Part shown: positions 28,866-37,272 of the stretch, piece by piece
How positions within the stretch are numbered: the stretch's first letter is position 1
How the letters are laid out: each line of letters starts with the position of its first letter
Assembly (NCBI GenBank): GCA_963662275.1
Contig: OY759316.1
Coordinates: forward strand, 512,001-576,000
DNA length: 64,000 bases
Direction: 5' to 3'
Source of the DNA: Candidatus Cloacimonadales bacterium
GTDB lineage: Bacteria > Cloacimonadota > Cloacimonadia > Cloacimonadales > DAONDQ01
Notes under the pieces: generated by a model
Seen by the model: only the letters and a program-made list of their open reading frames with translations
Databases searched by the model: none
Told to the model about the DNA's origin: nothing
Translations under genes and position numbers: made by a program

Positions 28866-29297
28866 TTATTCAACGATAATCTGTTTTTGAGGTTTGGTTT
28901 CTTTTTTGGGAATACTGAGAATTAGAATTCCGTCCTCGAGTTTAGCTGTGATTTTATCTCCATCACATGTTTCAGGAAGATAAAGGGAACGGATAAAATT
29001 ACCACTATATCTTTCACAGCGATGTATGGTTCCGACATTTTCTTCCTTTGTTTCATCTTGGTTTGCTGCGATAGTTAATTGGTTGTCTTGAAGGGAAATC
29101 CTGATGTTTTCCTTTTTGATTCCAGGTACATTCGCTTTAATGATAAATTCACCATCTTTTTCAATGGCATCAATGGTCATACTGCGTGTTTCCTGCTTTA
29201 CGTTTGTTTCTTCAGAGAAGAAGTTATTCATGAATTCATCAAACATGGATAACACTGGATAGAACTCTCTGCTTTTCTTCAAAGGTACGATCTTCAT
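28866..29297 (-). CDS. Small heat shock protein (Hsp20/alpha-crystallin)
   Basis: ANVPGIKKE, ERYSGNFIRS..LP and AKLEDGILILSIPK motifs. Start placed at MKIVPL (29297), behind a GGAGG RBS. Confidence 0.9.
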   Translation of the reverse strand: MKIVPLKKSREFYPVLSMFDEFMNNFFSEETNVKQETRSMTIDAIEKDGEFIIKANVPGIKKENIRISLQDNQLTIAANQDETKEENVGTIHRCERYSGNFIRSLYLPETCDGDKITAKLEDGILILSIPKKETKPQKQIIVE

Positions 29298-29376
29298 AAT
29301 AACCTCCATTATTTTGTTTTTTTCGATCGAAGACAAAGATAAAATAAAAGAGCATGGTAACATGTCAAGTATTATA

Positions 29377-29403
29377 TTAGCAGACTTTATGTTTGATTGC
29401 TAA
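29377..29403 (-). promoter_or_regulatory. CIRCE element (HrcA operator) upstream of hsp20
   Basis: TTAGCAATC-N9-GTCTGCTAA versus consensus TTAGCACTC-N9-GAGTGCTAA; TTGACA (-35 like) at 29363-29368 on the minus strand. Confidence 0.8.
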
Positions 29404-29775
29404 TTATATAAAAGAATAGGTATTAGGTACAGAGCAGAACAAGCTCTACATACAAAGAAGCTTATTTTGTTAATGAAATGGAGTTAATTGAAAAGACAGA
29501 ACAAGTACTCTTTATCACACGAGCGGAGAACGAGACGATTCTAATGCTGAGAATTCTTTCAATTAACATGATGAACACTATTATCTACTTCAGAATCACA
29601 ACCCCAAGAATGTGCTCATTTACCTGTAAGAAAACGAAGCTTCATTACTCGTCTTTTCTTCCCTGTAACCTAGCACCTAGTCTCTAGAACCTTCCAACCA
29701 TGCAATTACATTTGACAAAAAAAATCACATGGTATTTTGGTTCTTACATCTAGTCAGTTTTGATTTGGTGGTAAT

Positions 29776-30792
29776 ATGAATAAGATTATTCTTGTCACAG
29801 GTGGAGCAGGATTTATTGGCTCCAATTTTATCCGTTATATATTAGCGAAATATCCGGATTATAAGATTATTAATTTTGATAATCTTACGGTTTCCAGTAA
29901 CTTGAATAATTTGATAGATGTCAGCCGTAATCCTCATTATTTCTTTTATCATGGGGATATTACCAATCATAGGGATGTGCATGATGTCTTTGAGCAGTTC
30001 ACACCTCACATCCTGATTAATTTTGCTGCCGAGACACAGATTTTTACTAATAATATTGAACCTGACATCTTTGCAAAAACCAATATCATGGGAACTCAGT
30101 TATTATTATTTGAAGCCCAGAAAATGAAGCTTGAGAAGTTCATCCATATTTCGTCTGGTGAAGTATATGGATCAGGAAAAGAGACATCTCTTACAGAAGA
30201 TCTTCCCTTGCTTCCTGAAAATCCTTTTTCTGCGACAAAAGCAGCAGCCGATTTACTGGTTATGTCATTTAATAAATCATTCAATTTGGATTTGAATATT
30301 ATCAGGAGTTCAAATCTATATGGACCTTATCAATTTCCTCATAAATTGATTCCTATGACCATTCTTCAAGCAAAGCAAGACAAATCTGTACCTCTAACAG
30401 GTGATGGTTCTGATATTCGCAATTGGCTGCATGTGGATGATTATTCATCAGCAATTGATCTTGTTATTCACAAGGGTAAATCAGGTGATATTTATCATGT
30501 ATCATCTGATGAAATATGGTACAATATAGATCTGGTTAAATTGATCCTTTCTAAAATGAACAAACCGACGGATATGTATCATTTCTTAAATAATAAGAAC
30601 AAACATAAAGATACTTATTTATTGAATTCTGCAAAAATTAAAAATACTTTAGGCTGGAAGCCGGAGATCAATATTCAGCAAGGGTTGGATTTAACGATAC
30701 AATGGTATTTAACCCAGGAACAGTGGTTGGAAGAAATCATATCCGGAGAATATACAAATTATTACCGAAAAATCTATTATGAAGAAACTTGA
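29776..30792 (+). CDS. dTDP-glucose 4,6-dehydratase (RfbB/RmlB)-like protein with substituted catalytic residues
   Basis: LVTGGAGFIGSNF, YGPYQFP.KLIP and RNWLHVDD are present, but ISSGEVYG and PFSATK replace STDEVYG and PYSASK. Confidence 0.75.
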   Translation: MNKIILVTGGAGFIGSNFIRYILAKYPDYKIINFDNLTVSSNLNNLIDVSRNPHYFFYHGDITNHRDVHDVFEQFTPHILINFAAETQIFTNNIEPDIFAKTNIMGTQLLLFEAQKMKLEKFIHISSGEVYGSGKETSLTEDLPLLPENPFSATKAAADLLVMSFNKSFNLDLNIIRSSNLYGPYQFPHKLIPMTILQAKQDKSVPLTGDGSDIRNWLHVDDYSSAIDLVIHKGKSGDIYHVSSDEIWYNIDLVKLILSKMNKPTDMYHFLNNKNKHKDTYLLNSAKIKNTLGWKPEINIQQGLDLTIQWYLTQEQWLEEIISGEYTNYYRKIYYEET

Positions 30793-31267
30793 TCCGGTAA
30801 CGAGAGAAACCATTTTAAATAAATATGTAATAAGAAAGATGACTGCTAAAGATTTAGCTGAAGTCATGGAAATTGAAAGCAGTCTTTTCACTGATCCATG
30901 GACGGAAGAGTTTTTTTTTGAAGAATTTGAACGTCATGATGCATTTGTACTAGAGAATCAGCAAACGCCAATAATTGCTGGTTATTTATGTGGGTGGCAT
31001 GTCCTTGATGAATTTATGATTACTAATTTTGGTATCAGAACAGATGAGCAAGGAAAAGGCTTAGGAGAATATCTGATTAGAGAAACTTTATCTGAAAAAG
31101 CAAAAAGCGGTGTTATCTATTGTTATCTGGAAGTAAGGGAAACGAATCTACCAGCAATCAATCTTTATAAAAAACTAGGTTTTAACATGATCGGGAAAAG
31201 AATGAATTATTATCAGCATCCAGAGGAAAATGCATTGGTTATGAGTTTCATGCTGGACTCCCAATAA
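30779..31267 (+). CDS. rimI: Ribosomal protein S18 alanine N-acetyltransferase (GNAT)
   Basis: F.DPW, QGKGLG, LEVRETN..AI.LY.K.GF and R.NYY..P.ENALVM motifs. Confidence 0.85.
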   Translation: MKKLDPVTRETILNKYVIRKMTAKDLAEVMEIESSLFTDPWTEEFFFEEFERHDAFVLENQQTPIIAGYLCGWHVLDEFMITNFGIRTDEQGKGLGEYLIRETLSEKAKSGVIYCYLEVRETNLPAINLYKKLGFNMIGKRMNYYQHPEENALVMSFMLDSQ

Positions 31268-31274
31268 GGATATT

Positions 31275-32873
31275 ATGAAGAAATTCGATTATATAGTCAT
31301 AGGAAGTGGTATTGCGGGTCTCGTGTATGCATTGGAATCTGCAAAGAAAGGAACTGTTGCCATTATTACCAAGAAATCACTTCGCGACTGTAATACTGAT
31401 TATGCACAAGGTGGTATTGCTGCAGTACTAGATGAGCACGATTCCTACGAAGAACATATCCATGATACATTTATTGCCGGTGGAGAATTAGGAAAAAAAG
31501 AAGTCATAGAAACCATTGTGAAACTAGGTCCACAATTAATTCAATACTTGATTGACCTGGGGACAAAGTTCACAACAGAAGATCCAAAGCAGGATAAAAG
31601 CCTGGAAAACTTATCTCTCGCTCGAGAAGGCGGTCATTCACACAGCAGGATTGCTTTTGGTGCAGATTCGACCGGACATCACATTATGGATGCCTTAATT
31701 GCCAATTGTCAGGCACATTCTAATATCAGTATCTTTGAAAACCATATGGCTGTAGATTTGATTACACAGCATCATATCCTTCAAACAAAAGGATTTGTAC
31801 CTGGAATTGCCTGTTGGGGTGCTTATATATTAAATATTGTAACGAATGAGATCGAAATATTTCGTTCCCATAAAACCATGCTGGCAACAGGTGGTGCATC
31901 ACAAGTATATGCCTTGAATACAAATCCGGATATAGCAACCGGTGATGGAATGGCAATGGCTCGCCTTGCAGGAGCCAGGTTGGTGAACATGGAATTTGTA
32001 CAATTCCACCCTACCGCTTTTTATCAACTCGGTGTCAAACCTTTCCTGGTGAGTGAAGCGGTGAGGGGAGAAGGTGCTATACTCAGGTTGCAGGATGGAT
32101 CGTCATTTATGGAAAGATACCATCCTTTGGGTAATCTTGCCCCGCGTGATGTAGTATCTCGGGCAATAGATGCAGAATTAAAAAAACGAGGAGATAAGTT
32201 CCTCTTCCTGGATGCAACTGGTTTAGACGCAAACCATCTCCGAAAAAGATTTCCCTATATCGATAAAAAGTGTAAAAAAAATGGCATAGATTTTACGACT
32301 CAACCTATCCCAATTGCACCTGCGGCGCATTATTTCTGTGGTGGAATCCTTTCGACGATAGATGGTCAAACAGATATCAAGAATCTCCTGGCAGCCGGAG
32401 AAGTTGCCTGTACCGGTTTACATGGAGCCAATCGATTGGCATCTAATTCATTACTGGAAGCATTGGTAGTCGCATATCGGGCTGGCAATCATCCCAGTAA
32501 TGCGGATAAAACTGACTTCCCTGATATTCCTGAATGGCAGGATTTAGGAACCTATAACGAAAATGAATGGGTAATTATTTCTCATAATCGTGAAACTTTG
32601 GGTGCAATTATGCAAGGATATGTAGGTATCAGACGCACAAGGAGATTACTGAAATATGCTCTATCACATGTCGAAAATATCTATAATGAGATTAACAACT
32701 TCTATAATCACAATTCCGTAAGCAAGGAAGTTATTGAAACAAGAAACCTAGCAATCATCGCACTGATGATCATTCGTTCTGCGATATCACGCAAAGAGAG
32801 CCGAGGGGCGCATTATGTTGTTGATTATCCGAATCGTGATGATTTGCATTTTAACAAGGATACAATCATCTGA
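31275..32873 (+). CDS. nadB: L-aspartate oxidase
   Basis: IGSGIAGL, AQGGIAAV, REGGHS, MEFVQFHPT, SEAVRGEG, LAPRDVVSRAI, AHYFCGG, GLHGANRLASNSLLE and ESRGAHY motifs. Confidence 0.95.
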   Translation: MKKFDYIVIGSGIAGLVYALESAKKGTVAIITKKSLRDCNTDYAQGGIAAVLDEHDSYEEHIHDTFIAGGELGKKEVIETIVKLGPQLIQYLIDLGTKFTTEDPKQDKSLENLSLAREGGHSHSRIAFGADSTGHHIMDALIANCQAHSNISIFENHMAVDLITQHHILQTKGFVPGIACWGAYILNIVTNEIEIFRSHKTMLATGGASQVYALNTNPDIATGDGMAMARLAGARLVNMEFVQFHPTAFYQLGVKPFLVSEAVRGEGAILRLQDGSSFMERYHPLGNLAPRDVVSRAIDAELKKRGDKFLFLDATGLDANHLRKRFPYIDKKCKKNGIDFTTQPIPIAPAAHYFCGGILSTIDGQTDIKNLLAAGEVACTGLHGANRLASNSLLEALVVAYRAGNHPSNADKTDFPDIPEWQDLGTYNENEWVIISHNRETLGAIMQGYVGIRRTRRLLKYALSHVENIYNEINNFYNHNSVSKEVIETRNLAIIALMIIRSAISRKESRGAHYVVDYPNRDDLHFNKDTII

Positions 32874-33496
32874 TGAAAGGTTTATTTATTACATTTGAAG
32901 GAATGGAAGGCTGTGGGAAAAGTACCCAAGCCAAATTGCTACAAGATTATTTGCTAAACTTGAAGTATGATGTAATGCTCACTCGTGAACCTGGCGGACC
33001 AAGAATCTCTGAAGAAATTCGCAGCTTACTGTTAAAACCTGAATTCACGGAAATGATGCCGGTTACTGAAGTCCTGCTATATATGGCAAGCCGCAGCCAG
33101 CATGTGGGAGAGTGGATCATTCCAACATTAATGCAAGGAAAAATTGTTATTTCAGATCGATATACTGATTCTACATTAGCCTATCAAGGGGCTGCCAGGA
33201 AAGTTGATTTTGGTATGATCAGACGTCTGAATCGTTTTGCCACTTTTGCTACTGAACCTGATATCACGATATTAATTGACGTTCCCGTAAAAACAGGTTT
33301 AAGTAGGATAGAATCAAGGATTTTAGATCGCTTAGAGATGGAAGACTATGCATTTCATCAAAAGGTTCGAAGGAAATTTTTATTTATTGCCAAAAGAAAT
33401 CCGCAACGGTTTCTTGTTATTGACGGTAAATTGGGGATAGAAGCTATACATCAGTTGATATGTAAAGCTGTTGTTAATAAATTGAAAGAGGTATAA
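32873..33496 (+). CDS. tmk: Thymidylate kinase
   Basis: FITFEGMEGCGKSTQ, TREPGG, SDRYTDSTLAYQG and DRLE motifs. Confidence 0.95.
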   Translation: MKGLFITFEGMEGCGKSTQAKLLQDYLLNLKYDVMLTREPGGPRISEEIRSLLLKPEFTEMMPVTEVLLYMASRSQHVGEWIIPTLMQGKIVISDRYTDSTLAYQGAARKVDFGMIRRLNRFATFATEPDITILIDVPVKTGLSRIESRILDRLEMEDYAFHQKVRRKFLFIAKRNPQRFLVIDGKLGIEAIHQLICKAVVNKLKEV

Positions 33497-33497
33497 T

Positions 33498-35123
33498 ATG
33501 AAGATGAACAAACCGAACAAAGTTCTCCTTCTTGTACTAACCACCATTTGGTTATTAGGTGGAGTTTTTGCATTTAGCGCAGCTAAGGCATTTGCCCAGG
33601 AAAAAGGACAGGAAACAGATCTATATAAGAATCTTCGTCTCTTCAATGAAGTTCTCATGAAATTGAAGACAAATTACGTGGGTGATTTGAATAATCAAAC
33701 ATTGATCGAAGATGCAATCAATGGGATGCTCTCAGATGTGGATCCTCATACAAATTTCTTTTCACCAGACGAATTTGCCGATTTTACGACTACCACAAAA
33801 GGCGAATTTGGAGGACTTGGTATTCAAATCGATAAAAAGGGTGATTATATAACAGTAGTCTCTCCTATTCAGGGAACACCAGCATTTAAAATGGGTATCA
33901 TGGCTGGCGATAAGATAACGAAAGTGGATGGTGTCAATGTTGTTGGCATCACGACAGATGATGTGATTAAGAAAATGCGGGGTCCGAAAGGCTCTAAAGT
34001 GACTATAACGATTGTCCGTCCTGGCGTAAAAGATCCGCTTGATTTTGATATTATCAGAGATATTATTACCATCAAGAGCGTATCCTATTCCTTCAAATTA
34101 GATAACGGTATTGGATATGTTCGAATCAATCAGTTCAACAGCCATACAACAGATGAATTGAAAGTAGCTCTCGATAACCTGGAAAAACAAGGTATCAAAG
34201 GATTAATCATTGATCTTCGTAATAATCCAGGTGGTATTTTAAATGAAGCCATAGATACCGTAAATGAGTTCATTGGAAAGGATAAACTCGTTGTATTTAC
34301 AAAAGGTCGTCTAAAAGATGCAAACATGGAGTATTTTACTCGATACGATCGAATTCGATCTGGCTATCCTGTCATTGTGATGATTAATGAAGCCAGTGCC
34401 AGTGCAGCAGAAATCTTTGCTGGTTCGCTGCAGGATTGGGATAAAGGACTGATCGTTGGTAAAACATCATTTGGTAAAGGTTCAGTTCAACAGATATTCC
34501 CATTATCTGATGGATACGGGATGAAAATAACAACAGCTAAATACTTTATCAAATCCGGTAGAGGTATTCATAAAGAGATCAATGATAGATTGTTACGTGG
34601 TAAGGAAGTCACAGAAGCAGATAAGGAAAAAGCGGTTGAAGATAGTCATAAGGAGATCTTCCATACCATGAATGGACGCATCGTTTATGGAGGAGGAGGA
34701 ATTACTCCTGACTTGGAAATCAACAGTCCTTTGTTAACCAAGTTTGAAGTTGAACTGCGACGTAAGAATGTATTCTTCAATTATTCTGTTGATTATATGG
34801 TTAAACATCAACATAAGGTTTTGGATAATTACAGAGTTGATGATGCCACGTTCAATGATTTCCTGGGTTATGTTAAAGACCAGGGAATTACCTATACGCC
34901 AACAGACTTAGATAGCGCCCGGACATTTATGAAAATTTCCTTAGAAAGTGATATCATAGCGAAAAAAGATGATGTTGCTTCCTATAAGCATGCTTTGACA
35001 ATGGATGAACAATTTCAGAATACAGTTAAAATCTTTGACGATCATCCGACACTCGAAAGTATGTATCAATACGCTGAAGTAATCAATAAAGATAGGAAAG
35101 ATAAAAATGCCAAACAAAGATGA
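33498..35123 (+). CDS. ctpA: S41 family carboxyl-terminal processing protease (PDZ)
   Basis: DPHT, GEFGGLGI, DLRNNPGG, SASAAEIFAG, GKTSFGKGSVQ and GGGITPD motifs. Confidence 0.9.
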   Translation: MKMNKPNKVLLLVLTTIWLLGGVFAFSAAKAFAQEKGQETDLYKNLRLFNEVLMKLKTNYVGDLNNQTLIEDAINGMLSDVDPHTNFFSPDEFADFTTTTKGEFGGLGIQIDKKGDYITVVSPIQGTPAFKMGIMAGDKITKVDGVNVVGITTDDVIKKMRGPKGSKVTITIVRPGVKDPLDFDIIRDIITIKSVSYSFKLDNGIGYVRINQFNSHTTDELKVALDNLEKQGIKGLIIDLRNNPGGILNEAIDTVNEFIGKDKLVVFTKGRLKDANMEYFTRYDRIRSGYPVIVMINEASASAAEIFAGSLQDWDKGLIVGKTSFGKGSVQQIFPLSDGYGMKITTAKYFIKSGRGIHKEINDRLLRGKEVTEADKEKAVEDSHKEIFHTMNGRIVYGGGGITPDLEINSPLLTKFEVELRRKNVFFNYSVDYMVKHQHKVLDNYRVDDATFNDFLGYVKDQGITYTPTDLDSARTFMKISLESDIIAKKDDVASYKHALTMDEQFQNTVKIFDDHPTLESMYQYAEVINKDRKDKNAKQR

Positions 35124-35730
35124 ATTTGGAATGTCCATATACGTAGCTGATGATGATTCTCTGAATCTGAAATACCTTAAAACAATCTTAACTCAAAACG
35201 GGTTTACAAATGTTGAGTTATTTCTTTCCGGAGAAGCCATGCTTGCCAGGATTCAAACTGCTGTACCAGATTTAATTTTACTTGATATTATGATGCCTGG
35301 GATGAGTGGATATGATGTATGCCGTTCGGTAAAAACAAATTCCAAATGGCAGCATATACCTATTATCATGATTACAGCAGCTTCTTTGGAAGAGGAAATG
35401 GAGCCTCTACGCTTAAGTTTTGAATTAGGAGCTATGGATTATATCAGCAAACCATTCAAACCTATCGAATTGGTAATGCGGATAAAATCAGCTCTTCGGA
35501 TGGAAATGCAAAGAAAGGAATTAGAATATGCTTTAGAAACGGTAAAAAGGCTGGAGAAGCTTCTGCCCATCTGTTCCTACTGTAAGAAGGTCAGAAATGA
35601 CCAGAATTACTGGCAAGAAGTGGAAGTATATATTTCCGATAACACTGATACCGTATTTAGTCATAGTATCTGTCCTGATTGTTATTCCAAGTTTGTAAAA
35701 CCACAGTTGGATGAGCTACGAAAAAAATGA
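35107..35730 (+). CDS. Response regulator (REC) with C-terminal Cys-rich zinc-ribbon-like tail
   Basis: ADDD, LLDIMMPGMSGYDVC and DYISKPF motifs; tail LLPICSYCKKVR...FSHSICPDC. Confidence 0.88.
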   Translation: MPNKDEFGMSIYVADDDSLNLKYLKTILTQNGFTNVELFLSGEAMLARIQTAVPDLILLDIMMPGMSGYDVCRSVKTNSKWQHIPIIMITAASLEEEMEPLRLSFELGAMDYISKPFKPIELVMRIKSALRMEMQRKELEYALETVKRLEKLLPICSYCKKVRNDQNYWQEVEVYISDNTDTVFSHSICPDCYSKFVKPQLDELRKK

Positions 35731-35779
35731 AGAATATCTGATATTAAATAAGAGAAATTAAGCGAACGATTATCAATAT

Positions 35780-35813
35780 AACTCTATCTCATATCCATGA
35801 GATAGAGTTTTTT
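35780..35813 (+). terminator. Intrinsic terminator of the rfbB-like...response regulator operon
   Basis: AACTCTATCTCAT-ATCC-ATGAGATAGAGTT followed by T run. Confidence 0.8.
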
Positions 35814-36005
35814 ATTTATGAAAAGCTCAATACCGTGAAGAAACAGAGACTTTGAGATAAACCATAAAGAAATTCGTACTATGTTGTTTATTATCAACAG
35901 AAATTGATACATTTCAACAATTTGTAGTAATCAGCGTTAATAATCACCCCTTACGTAGAATACTAGTTACTAGCGTTACAAGCAGTTACGATTTATTTTT
36001 CAACG

Positions 36006-36021
36006 TGGCACATACAATGCA
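36006..36021 (+). promoter_or_regulatory. Sigma-54 (-24/-12) promoter candidate
   Basis: TGGCACATACAATGCA has GG-N10-GC spacing. IHF-like TTACAAGCAGTTA at 35976-35988; upstream palindrome TATCAA-N6-TTGATA at about 35892-35909. Confidence 0.65.
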
Positions 36022-36031
36022 ATTAATATAT

Positions 36032-36240
36032 GTATAAGTGTTAAGTTTGAAGTGATGAATGACATCAAAGCTAAAAGTTGAGGGCAATAAATAAATGGCT
36101 TAGCTCTTCTGATCTGATTCTCTCCCTTCCATCAATGAGAAGGGCTAAGTCAAAATTCTACTGATTTTTGTGATGGCTCATTTGAGCTTAATTCCTCCAA
36201 ACCTAAATACGTAGACCCTCCGATGGAGGGTCTATTATTA
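36032..36240 (+). ncRNA. Candidate sigma-54-dependent small RNA (about 205 nt)
   Basis: Lies between the -24/-12 box and hairpin TAGACCCTCC-GAT-GGAGGGTCTA. Has a 15-bp stem (36096-36152) with a CU-rich loop and no substantial ORF. Confidence 0.5.
36212..36234. terminator. GC-rich hairpin terminator (convergent sRNA candidate / rSAM gene)
   Basis: Perfect 10-bp stem TAGACCCTCC/GGAGGGTCTA. Confidence 0.7.
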
Positions 36241-36242
36241 TA

Positions 36243-37268
36243 TTATACTTTCTTTTCCTCAATATTCAATTTCACACCTTCACCGCAATTTCGGCAAATG
36301 GAAATCGCTTTTCGATTTTCTAAGACTCGTTTACGAAAGCTCATATAGGAGGCATTTTTCCAAATAGAGGCAAGTGAGTTTTGGGATACATTTCCTACTT
36401 TATGCTCGATATCCTTATCATAACAACATATTCCGATGCTGCCATCCCAATTAACAACAGGACTTGTCCAAAGACGTCTACATCTGTTCCTGATGCCAAA
36501 TTTAAGTTCGAACTCACCAGAATTGATTTTGTATCTTCTATACTTTGGATTGAGAGGTAAAAATTCATCAATATCGCTTTTCTCATAAATCTGAGCCGTT
36601 TTAAGAATTAACTGATCAACGTTCATTTCCTTAGCAAGAAGTTTGATTTTATCAATCTCATGTTCATTATGTCTGAGTACTAGAAATTGTAAGTGAATTA
36701 AAGGGGTAGAAGAACCTATTCTATCCCGGGCTTCCAGAATGTTTTTAACATTCTTCCATACATTTTCAATATTACCATTAACTCGATATTTATTATAAGT
36801 AGCTTGGGTAGCACCGTCGAGAGAAATGATCATAGAATCCAAACCAGATCTGACAATGGCGTCCGCGTCCATATCTATATTTGCATTTGTTGAAACCATC
36901 GTAAAGAGTTTTTTATCTGAAGCATAACGCACCATTTCCAAGAAATCCTTATGTAAAAAAGGTTCTCCCTGGTTCCATAAGATTAACATAGTAGAATAGC
37001 GATAGAGTTCATCAACAACTTTCCTGAAAATCTGTAGATCCATATAACCACGTGGTCTTCTAAGAGTTTGGTTCCCGGATGGACATAACGGGCAGCGCAA
37101 ATTACAGATATTGGTTGGTTCAAACATAATTGAAGGAGGAAGACCCCAAACAATAGGTTTACGAGTTAAAAGAGATAGATAGTAAGAGAAATAAATCATA
37201 GCAGTATTAAGTAACCTATGCCAATGCAGACTTTTTAGGAGGATAGACTTATAATGCTGAAGCATCAA
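36243..37268 (-). CDS. Radical SAM protein with SPASM/twitch domain
   Basis: EPTNICNLRCPLCP, QGEPFLH, ISLDG and C-terminal CRRLW...CCYD...GN...CRNC; 4 bp downstream of the porU-like gene. Confidence 0.88.
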   Translation of the reverse strand: MMLQHYKSILLKSLHWHRLLNTAMIYFSYYLSLLTRKPIVWGLPPSIMFEPTNICNLRCPLCPSGNQTLRRPRGYMDLQIFRKVVDELYRYSTMLILWNQGEPFLHKDFLEMVRYASDKKLFTMVSTNANIDMDADAIVRSGLDSMIISLDGATQATYNKYRVNGNIENVWKNVKNILEARDRIGSSTPLIHLQFLVLRHNEHEIDKIKLLAKEMNVDQLILKTAQIYEKSDIDEFLPLNPKYRRYKINSGEFELKFGIRNRCRRLWTSPVVNWDGSIGICCYDKDIEHKVGNVSQNSLASIWKNASYMSFRKRVLENRKAISICRNCGEGVKLNIEEKKV

Positions 37269-37272
37269 TTAC

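Noticed and set aside
29478..29687. 69-aa ORF between hsp20 and the rfbB-like gene
   Set aside because: No RBS or recognisable motif; it ends in degenerate 7-mer repeats and is preceded by a REP-like hairpin.
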